From: Candidatus Chloroploca sp. Khr17
Lineage (GTDB): Bacteria > Chloroflexota > Chloroflexia > Chloroflexales > Chloroflexaceae
Assembly: GCF_004138165.1 (NCBI RefSeq)
Contig: NZ_RYFF01000020.1
Coordinates: forward strand, 33,982 to 93,567
Length of the DNA stretch: 59,586 nucleotides
Reading direction: 5' to 3'
This document shows, one piece after another, positions 53,473 to 59,586 of the stretch. The translations under genes and the position numbers were made by a program. The stretch's first letter is position 1. Each line of letters starts with the position of its first letter. The notes beneath the pieces were generated by a model, which was given only the letters and a program-made list of their open reading frames with translations, ran no database searches and was not told the origin of the DNA.

Positions 53473-53793
53473 ATGCTGCAGTATAAGGGCTATACGGGTC
53501 GCGTTGAGCTTGATGATGAGGCTGGCATTTTCCATGGAGAGGTGCTCGACCTCCGTGATGTGGTCACCTTCCAGGGAAGGAGTGTGGACGAGTTAGTCCA
53601 AGCCTTTCGTGACTCGATCGATGACTATCTCGACTTCTGCAAAGAACGTGGCGAGGAACCGGATAAGCCTTTCACGGGACGGTTGATGCTTCGCCTGCCG
53701 CCTGAATTGCATCGGAAGGCCTATGTTCGGGCGCAGCGTGAGGGCAAGAGTTTGAACCAGTGGATTAGTGATAAGCTGGCGGAGGTCAGCTAA
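53473..53793 (+). CDS. hicB: HicB-family antitoxin, with an RNase-H-like fold and a C-terminal ribbon-helix-helix.
   Basis: Starts 4 nt after the hicA stop. Blocks MLQYKGYTGRVELDDEAGIFHGEV...FQGRSVDEL and a C-terminal SLNQWI. Confidence 0.7.
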   Translation: MLQYKGYTGRVELDDEAGIFHGEVLDLRDVVTFQGRSVDELVQAFRDSIDDYLDFCKERGEEPDKPFTGRLMLRLPPELHRKAYVRAQREGKSLNQWISDKLAEVS

Positions 53794-53914
53794 CCCTGCT
53801 TGAAAGCTGAGTGCGAAACGGTTCTCGGCTGCGCAAACACGTATAATGCAGTGCTAGGGGACTTGTTTGGGGGCCGCGCCCAAGCGACAATCACAAATCT
53901 GCAATCTACAATCC

Positions 53915-53960
53915 CCCTGCCCCTATTCGCTTATTCGTGAGGGTTCTTCGTGGTCGGCGG
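53915..53960. repeat. Half-copy (left arm, reverse orientation) of the R2 palindromic repeat.
   Basis: attcgtgagggttcttcgtggtcggcgg is the reverse complement of ccgccgaccacgaagaaccctcacgaat in copy A. Confidence 0.6.
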
Positions 53961-54152
53961 TGCTCCCAGAAAACTTTTGTTACGCACTACTACCTTGTCC
54001 CGCCTAAGCATAGTGTCTAATTCTTAACGGAATCTGCCCCTCTGCTGATGCGTTTCTGCTGTATACTTGCAGGGTAGAAAAGCACGTCTTGCCCTGCCCT
54101 TCGGCAGGGTGCTTCTCACTTCTGGCTCCGGTGTTGAGCGTCGCTTCCCAGT

Positions 54153-54956
54153 ATGAAGAGTGCACCTATGGACTATCAGCATCCCTCCGTCGATCAGATG
54201 ACGTTGCACAAGATAATTGCCCAGTGCAATGCTGAATTTGGGTGGGGGCTCAGTGCAAGTGAGCTTGAGTCTTATGCGCAGTCGCTTGTGCGCTGTCTGC
54301 CTGAGCATGTCGATCAGGTGAAGCTTACGCAGATGGTGCTGTATTATCATCAGGATCATCAGCAGGTTGCGGCGCTGCAAAATAGATCCCATCCAGACCA
54401 TGATCAGTTCTGGACGATCTGGTTGCATGACGTGGCGCAGGTGATTAACCGGGGTAAGATGGCGTCACTTGGCGATCATGCGCTTGATGCTGATGATCTT
54501 GCCCAGACGGCGCTCGATGAAATGTCACGCTCGCTCAAGAATTTCAAATACCAGAGCAGCCTGAAGACTTGGGTGTATAGATTAGTTGTGCAGACTTCCC
54601 GCCGGATGCTGCGCGATCTTCGTGCGAAGAAGCGTCCGCGTGGGGTTGCGTCGTTAGATGAGTTGCCTGAGGAGGCGTTGGCGCTCTGTGATGCTTGTGA
54701 GCCCGATGAAGAAGCATGTGGCGAGATGTTGATTGGGTTGACGTGCGCGTTGCTTGAGCGGATCAAAGATCAACGTATGGCTCAGATCTTCTATCTTGCC
54801 GCCGTTGATGACCTCTCGACTGCGCAGATCGGCAACATCGTGCATCTCCATCCGTCACGGGTGCGGGCGTTGTTGCAGCAGGCTCGCACGTTGTTGCAAG
54901 AACGCCCGGAAATTCAGGCGTGGCTCGCGGATCACGAAGCTTCCCCGTTCGTCTAA
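54153..54956 (+). CDS. Sigma-70-family (ECF-like) RNA polymerase sigma factor with an N-terminal extension of about 100 aa.
   Basis: Region-2 block DDLAQTALDEMSRSLKNFKYQSSLKTWVYRLVVQTSRRML. Region-4 HTH LSTAQIGNIVHLHPSRVRALLQQARTLL. Confidence 0.75.
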   Translation: MKSAPMDYQHPSVDQMTLHKIIAQCNAEFGWGLSASELESYAQSLVRCLPEHVDQVKLTQMVLYYHQDHQQVAALQNRSHPDHDQFWTIWLHDVAQVINRGKMASLGDHALDADDLAQTALDEMSRSLKNFKYQSSLKTWVYRLVVQTSRRMLRDLRAKKRPRGVASLDELPEEALALCDACEPDEEACGEMLIGLTCALLERIKDQRMAQIFYLAAVDDLSTAQIGNIVHLHPSRVRALLQQARTLLQERPEIQAWLADHEASPFV

Positions 54957-54984
54957 GCCCAATGCGCTGTAACAAAGATGTTTT

Positions 54985-55005
54985 TTTGACGCAAAGGCGC
55001 GAAGG
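54985..55005. repeat. R3 repeat in reverse complement (tttgacgcaaaggcgcgaagg).
   Basis: Reverse complement of ccttcgcgcctttgcgtcaaa. Shares the flanking CATCAAR with the copy at 56213. Confidence 0.7.
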
Positions 55006-55020
55006 CTTGATGTATCTCCA

Positions 55021-55060
55021 GTTAAGAGCTCACAGGTCTGCCAGACCTGTGAGCTCTTAA
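55021..55060. terminator. 19-bp perfect-stem hairpin of the R1 family, after the sigma-factor gene.
   Basis: gttaagagctcacaggtctg-cc-agacctgtgagctcttaac. Confidence 0.6.
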
Positions 55061-55280
55061 CGCTATGCCTTGCAAACCCGTCTTCGGATCTGTTTTTCTG
55101 TGCTGATTGATTCATATTACTTTGTGACCCTGAATTTCTCATGTTACTCTACGTTCAGGTTTGCAAGCGCTTTTCTGAATAAATTGTTACAAAGAAGGTA
55201 GCGAAGTAGGGTTAGTTGATGCAGCGCATGACATGTGCTATGCTACTCTACCGTTTGAGAAATGAAGATAGAGTGATCCT

Positions 55281-56084
55281 ATGAGTCTTGTAAACGATAT
55301 ATGTACGGACATTCTTGAGTGGCTCGCTGGGCGTCAAGATCCGTCTTCACTGGAATTACCCTCACAAGCGTGGTGTGACCACGTTGCTGTCTGCCCTCGC
55401 TGCCGTGCCGCGTTGCTGTTGCTGATGACGGATCTGCTTGAGGTGCCTCGCGATATAGCCGCGACGTCGTGTGATCAGTGTCAGGATGATCTGGCGGCGT
55501 ATATTGATCTGGAGCGCTACAAAGGGACGCAACAGGCCATCCGTTCCTATCCCCATGTCTGGTGGCATCTCTGGGTTTGCCGTGATTGTTCTGAAACCTA
55601 TCGGATGGTGCTCGCCCTGCAAGAGGCAGAGGCTTCGGGTTTGTTGCCACCGATGCCGCTGGATAAGATGGTTCAACCCGTGACGCCGCAGCCGACGACG
55701 CCCGTGCCTCCACCGGCGACCCAGTTACAACCAACGCTCCGCCATATTACACTGCCCCGCATCTGGTTTGCCCGCATGTTGGCGCCGCAGCTTGGGGTTG
55801 CCTGGGGAAGCGATGATGCTGAGGACGAGACGATTCTGCACGAGGCTGAAGATGCGGGGTACCAGTTCTATGTGGGTATTCACCGTACTGATGACCATTG
55901 GTTCATCGCGGTGACGATTCAACCGCCGCTTAGTGGTGATGCGCTGGTGACGTTTGGTTCAGAGCGTTTTCGTGCGCCGTTTGATCTGCGAGGTGTGGCC
56001 AAGGTTGGGCCGATTCCTCCCGCCTTGCTGACGAGCCCAATTGGCCCGGATATGGCGATTGCACTGGAGGTGGGTGGGGTCTGA
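55281..56084 (+). CDS. Zinc-finger (ZAS-type) anti-sigma factor, cognate to the upstream sigma factor.
   Basis: N-terminal Cys/His cluster CDHVAVCPRCRAALL...CDQCQDDLAAYID...HLWVCRDCSETY. Typical sigma/anti-sigma gene pairing. Confidence 0.6.
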   Translation: MSLVNDICTDILEWLAGRQDPSSLELPSQAWCDHVAVCPRCRAALLLLMTDLLEVPRDIAATSCDQCQDDLAAYIDLERYKGTQQAIRSYPHVWWHLWVCRDCSETYRMVLALQEAEASGLLPPMPLDKMVQPVTPQPTTPVPPPATQLQPTLRHITLPRIWFARMLAPQLGVAWGSDDAEDETILHEAEDAGYQFYVGIHRTDDHWFIAVTIQPPLSGDALVTFGSERFRAPFDLRGVAKVGPIPPALLTSPIGPDMAIALEVGGV

Positions 56085-56212
56085 GGGGGTTTTTAACGCA
56101 GAGGCGGTGAGGTGGGGAGGCGCAGGGATGGGGCGCTTTTTTGAACGCAGAGGCGCATCTGCCGGCGGTGACGGTTGACTCGTGTTGGCGCGAAGTTGCG
56201 CATACAGCTCCA

Positions 56213-56251
56213 TCAAACCTTCGCGCCCTTGCGCCTTTGCGTCAAATAAGG
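56213..56251. repeat. R3 repeat immediately upstream of the acetyltransferase start codon.
   Basis: catcaaaccttcgcgcccttgcgcctttgcgtcaaataagg. Confidence 0.7.
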
Positions 56252-56261
56252 ATAAGATGCG

Positions 56262-56726
56262 ATGAATATTCACTACCTCACGGCGGAGGATCTCCCGCTG
56301 ATGGATGGTCTGCTCACCATGTTTGGTGAGGCGTTCGATGATCTGGCAACCTACACCGCGCACTGTCCCGATGCAGCCTATCTGCAACGGTTGCTGAGCG
56401 ACGACACGTTTATCGCCCTGGCTGCGGTGAAGAACGGCACGGTGATCGGCGGGCTTGTCGCGTACGAATTGCGCAAATTCGAGCAAGCGCGGAGCGAACT
56501 CTATATCTATGATCTCGCGGTTGCCGCTGCACATCGCCGCGCCGGCGTTGCGACCGCCTTGATTCGGGCCTTGCAAGCGATCGCGGCCGCACGCGGCATC
56601 ACCGTCATCTTCGTGCAGGCTGACACTACCCCCGACGACGAAGCGGCGCTGGCACTCTATAGCAAGCTCGGCACGCGGGAGGATGTCGTGCATTTTGATC
56701 TGGGGGTTGAAGCAGAGGCCCAGTGA
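56262..56726 (+). CDS. GNAT-family aminoglycoside N(3)-acetyltransferase, AAC(3)-I-like.
   Basis: Strong block-wise similarity to AAC(3)-Ia (aacC1) as remembered: FIALAAV...VIGGLVAYELRKFEQARSELYIYDLAVAAAHRRAGVATALI...VIFVQADTTPDDEAALALYSKLGTREDVVHFD. Confidence 0.8.
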   Translation: MNIHYLTAEDLPLMDGLLTMFGEAFDDLATYTAHCPDAAYLQRLLSDDTFIALAAVKNGTVIGGLVAYELRKFEQARSELYIYDLAVAAAHRRAGVATALIRALQAIAAARGITVIFVQADTTPDDEAALALYSKLGTREDVVHFDLGVEAEAQ

Positions 56727-56805
56727 GATAACCCCCTACAACTGTAGTATTAGGGGCTGTCTGAAAAGGGTGGCAGCATCGTTCGCCACCACGTGGTGTA
56801 CCCTT

Positions 56806-56831
56806 GGAGGGCCGGCTAAAGCCGGCCCTCC
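56806..56831. terminator. Perfect hairpin ggagggccggc-taaa-gccggccctcc between convergent genes. It is nested inside a 14-bp long-range inverted repeat (56753-56766 / 56847-56860).
   Basis: Direct read of the sequence. Confidence 0.6.
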
Positions 56832-56932
56832 GAAGCAAACCGGCGACTTTTCAGACAGCCTTTTAGGGGCGCAGTACCTAGATCTATGAAAGGGAACTGC
56901 TCGACCCTCTCAGAACCCACCAACTCGGCCAA

Positions 56933-57145
56933 CTATGCGTGCATACACACCGCAATGTTGATCACAGCCGGTTCGTTTTCGAGGGTGCCATCGTCGGCGA
57001 CTCGGTGGCGCTCACACCCCCCGCCCTTGAAGAATTTGTCATGCATCGTTGAGACGATGATGCCATCCTCGTCGGGGCAAGCTTGCTGGTCTAACTCACG
57101 CAGAACCGCTTCGAGGCTATACGTGATCGTTGTCGCTACATGCAT
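56933..57145 (-). CDS. Small 70-aa Cys-containing ORF immediately downstream of the radical-SAM gene on the same strand. It is a candidate modified-peptide substrate, but this is very uncertain.
   Basis: Only positional evidence: 25 nt from the rSAM stop, with 3 Cys residues. Confidence 0.2.
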   Translation of the reverse strand: MHVATTITYSLEAVLRELDQQACPDEDGIIVSTMHDKFFKGGGCERHRVADDGTLENEPAVINIAVCMHA

Positions 57146-57169
57146 CGCATCCTCCTCTTGAATGAAAGC

Positions 57170-58324
57170 TCAGATGGCAAGCTCGCACAGATCACACGCG
57201 TCGAGTTGGTGATTGATCTGCTCACGCAGCATAAGTACTGCTTGCGATTCCTGCCAGATCTCGCGGAACGAACGCTCGGTCAGCCGACCGAGCGGATAAC
57301 GCGACAGCCGCTTCATCTTCAAGCAGGGCAGCAGGCGACCATCTTCGCAGATCGAAAAAAATGAGAACCCCGCTCGGCAGAGCTTCGGCCTGGGTGGTGC
57401 GGCGTTCGGTCGCGCCTGCGCACGCAGATACTCCTGCAACTGCGACGCATCAAGCCGTTCAACGAGATTGTCCGTCCCGCCGTCATCCCGGGGAAAGATC
57501 TCGGCATCAAAGTGAACCGGTATCCCCATGGGATCACCGATCTCGTCGCGCACCTTGTGGTACGTCGCATAATTCGCCTTCATCACCGAACAATTGATGC
57601 GTAAATCGAAGCCTGCTGCGCGCAAGAGATGCAGCGCGTGCAGGGTTTTGTAATAAGATCCCGGCGCATTGGTGATTTGATCGTGGATCTCTGGCTCGGA
57701 ACTGTAGAGGCTGAGATGAATCCGGTAGATATTGTTCAGTTCCTGTAGGGCACGCACGACCGTTTCGTCGATCAGGGTGCCATTCGAATTGATCCGCACC
57801 ACAAACTTCTGCGCATCCAAGTAACGCAGCAACTCAAGGATATCCTTGCGAAAGAAGAGTTCCCCCCCAGTCAGCACCAAGCCTAGCGTCCCACTGTCGC
57901 GCAGGTCATCAAGAATACGGCACACCTGTTCTGTGCTGAGCGTATCCTGTTTGGTCTCGAAAAGACCGTAACAATGGCGACAGCGCAGATTGCAGCGCGA
58001 GGTCAGTTCGAAGTGGCCGCTCAGCGGAATATGGTTCTTGAACGCCCAGAGATGCAAGGCACCGATATCAATGGTGTGCGCTTGCTCGTCGCGTGCGTTG
58101 GGGTGCGGCCTTGACGGAGGGAGTTCGGCAGGCTCGTCGAGCATACCAAGGTGTTGCAGGCGGGCATAGAGGGGATGGCGACGATCCGGCTCGTCGGCCT
58201 GGACGCACTCCTTCCAGAATTGGAGGGACGGCCCCTGGAGCATGGCGACTTGCCTGGTCTTGACATTCATCAGGACAGCAAGCGCCTCACCATAGATGCG
58301 GTAGACAACGGCTTTCGCAATCAT
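57170..58324 (-). CDS. Radical SAM enzyme with a C-terminal SPASM/twitch domain. It is a peptide- or protein-modifying maturase type.
   Basis: CNLRCRHCY (CxxxCxxC); C-terminal Cys clusters C..G...C.DG....C and CDLCE. The ORF is open upstream to 58513; the ATG at 58324 gives a plausible ~105-aa N-terminal RRE-like region. Confidence 0.7.
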   Translation of the reverse strand: MIAKAVVYRIYGEALAVLMNVKTRQVAMLQGPSLQFWKECVQADEPDRRHPLYARLQHLGMLDEPAELPPSRPHPNARDEQAHTIDIGALHLWAFKNHIPLSGHFELTSRCNLRCRHCYGLFETKQDTLSTEQVCRILDDLRDSGTLGLVLTGGELFFRKDILELLRYLDAQKFVVRINSNGTLIDETVVRALQELNNIYRIHLSLYSSEPEIHDQITNAPGSYYKTLHALHLLRAAGFDLRINCSVMKANYATYHKVRDEIGDPMGIPVHFDAEIFPRDDGGTDNLVERLDASQLQEYLRAQARPNAAPPRPKLCRAGFSFFSICEDGRLLPCLKMKRLSRYPLGRLTERSFREIWQESQAVLMLREQINHQLDACDLCELAI

Positions 58325-58630
58325 AAGCCCCCCACACGCACTAAAGAACCTGAGAAGGAACGCTGCGCGTCCATCTTGCTGGCACATGCCGCCAGCGTGC
58401 GGCGGTGTGCTGCCGTAGGTGACAGGATGGTGCGTACACAAACCTGTTGTACCAGGATGCGTAACCAGGATGAGGGCCAGAAAATCTGCTTCAAAATTGA
58501 AGACAGATTTCATGATGATTTTATCCTACTACGCTCCGTAGCTCTTGTCAAGTAGTGCGAACACAGAGCTAGGGCTGTTGCAAAGTCATTTCGATCGTTC
58601 GCAGATTACGCAGATTAGGTTTCTACCTTA

Positions 58631-59216
58631 TTGTCGCAATCTGGCTCACCTTGGCCGATGATGAGCAACCCGACAGATACCATCTACGTCAACCGTGGTG
58701 GGCCATACTTCTTTCCAGGAACCGAAGATGCCATCCAGAACTCCTGGAATATGTGGTGGACGGCGTTTGCTGTGCGCAATGGCTTGAATCCCTTTGAAAC
58801 ACCCCTGCTTTACTACCCCGAGGGCGTAGAGCTCTATCTACAAACAGTCAATTACGCGACAACGGTGCTCGTTTTACCCTTATGCGTGCGGAGCATCCGT
58901 CGCTGCTCAATCAGATCGCCCATCAGCAGCCAATCCTCGCTGGCTATGTCGCCAGGGCGCCTCAGCGTTATGATGCGATGAACTATGTCCCACTGATCAA
59001 TGGTTTGGGGCGTATGAAAGCCTGGCCTGACACTAACATTGTGGCAATGGATCAGGCAAGTTATCAAGCACAACAATGCTTTTATCGCCTACGCCACGTT
59101 GTTATAGCCGAACATCTGGTGATAGCAGACGAACGAGCCCAGGTGATGGAGGAGCACCACAGCCTTGTCGGAGGAGCGCCGCGAAGCATCGCTACCGTCG
59201 AGACGCCCGAGACTCG
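58631..59216 (+). pseudogene. Possible frameshifted or truncated gene remnant. Two overlapping ORFs of 116 and 176 aa run into a copy of the R2 repeat.
   Basis: The frame changes at about 58880. The downstream ORF reads through the repeat element. No recognisable family. Confidence 0.2.
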
Positions 59217-59586
59217 GTCGCACCGCCGACCACGAATACTGATCACGAATAAACGAATAGGGGCGGTGCGCTCTTCGTTGCTTCGTGGCCCCATTCGTGG
59301 TCGGCGGCGCGTTCATCGCCACGTCCAGGGTCACGCTCGCCCCGGCGGTGAGGTTCGGCACGACCTGCTGTGCCCGGATCACCGAGTGACTGGGACGCGG
59401 TTCGGCGGGTGAGGGGTCCGCCGCCCCCGCCTCGTCGAAGTGCTTGGCGAGCAGCGAGAAGTCGCGCAGGTTGATCACCCCATCGCCGCTGAAGTCGGCC
59501 CGCCCATCGTAGCCCGTACTGCCGCTGCTCCGCCCGAAGGTGCTCGCGAGCACCGAGAAGTCGGGCAACGAGACGCGATTGTCATT
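59089..59586 (-). CDS. C-terminal fragment of a gene that starts beyond the right window edge. It encodes dockerin-like Ca-binding repeats, and its 3' end reads through the R2 repeat.
   Basis: The frame is open to the window edge. Two dockerin-like segments: LPDFSVLASTFG and DFSGDGVINLRDFSLLAKHF. Confidence 0.3.
   Translation of the reverse strand, partial: NDNRVSLPDFSVLASTFGRSSGSTGYDGRADFSGDGVINLRDFSLLAKHFDEAGAADPSPAEPRPSHSVIRAQQVVPNLTAGASVTLDVAMNAPPTTNGATKQRRAHRPYSFIRDQYSWSAVRPSLGRLDGSDASRRSSDKAVVLLHHLGSFVCYHQMFGYNNVA
59217..59312. repeat. Copy D of the R2 nested palindromic repeat.
   Basis: caccgccgaccacgaatactgatcacgaataaacgaata...cttcgtggccccattcgtggtcggcgg. Confidence 0.8.

Noticed and set aside
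55959-56693. 244-aa minus-strand ORF overlapping the anti-sigma and acetyltransferase genes.
   Set aside because: It is antisense to two motif-supported genes and crosses an intergenic repeat.
1-59586. tRNA, rRNA or other structured ncRNA genes.
   Set aside because: Inspection of the intergenic regions found only palindromic hairpins and repeats. There are no cloverleaf-compatible segments or rRNA-like conserved stretches.

Overview
This is a high-GC (about 60-65%) bacterial chromosomal window. Very large secreted Thr/Pro-linker proteins and short, tightly packed intergenic spacers suggest a filamentous Chloroflexi-type organism, but no marker gene fixes the taxon. I found no rRNA, tRNA or CRISPR.

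The left half (1-34.7 kb) interleaves housekeeping genes with a secreted-protease neighbourhood. The housekeeping genes are sucA, sucB, lysA, a GHL10-family glycosidase and ppc. The protease neighbourhood has four giant multidomain secreted proteins, three of which carry a recognisable peptidase domain: a zincin metalloprotease, a caspase-like clan CD peptidase and a legumain-like C13 peptidase. All four end in the same extreme C-terminal octapeptide, V[YF]LPL[STV]xR, and the last of them is followed by a 577-aa polytopic membrane protein of unknown family.

The right half (35-52.7 kb, all minus strand) is the most striking content. It is an ~18 kb operon-like island for a prokaryotic ubiquitin-like conjugation apparatus: one E1 (ThiF-type), one Cys-bearing E2, two JAMM/JAB proteases, and five to six catalytically inactive E2-variant (UEV/RWD-like) domains. 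The UEV domains are fused to transmembrane segments, TPR/coiled-coil ectodomains or an SPFH (band-7) domain. A 937-aa HerA/FtsK-class ATPase and two extremely Lys/Pro/Thr-rich basic proteins sit at the 3' end in a low-GC patch. No ubiquitin-like gene is obvious.

The island is followed by a hicAB toxin-antitoxin pair, an ECF-like sigma factor with a zinc-finger anti-sigma factor, an AAC(3)-I-like acetyltransferase and a radical-SAM/SPASM maturase. Several small repeat families (R1, R2, R3) punctuate the intergenic regions: a ~100-bp nested palindrome in four copies, a 25-bp palindromic hairpin, a 35-bp direct repeat, and a 12-nt tandem array with inverted copies.
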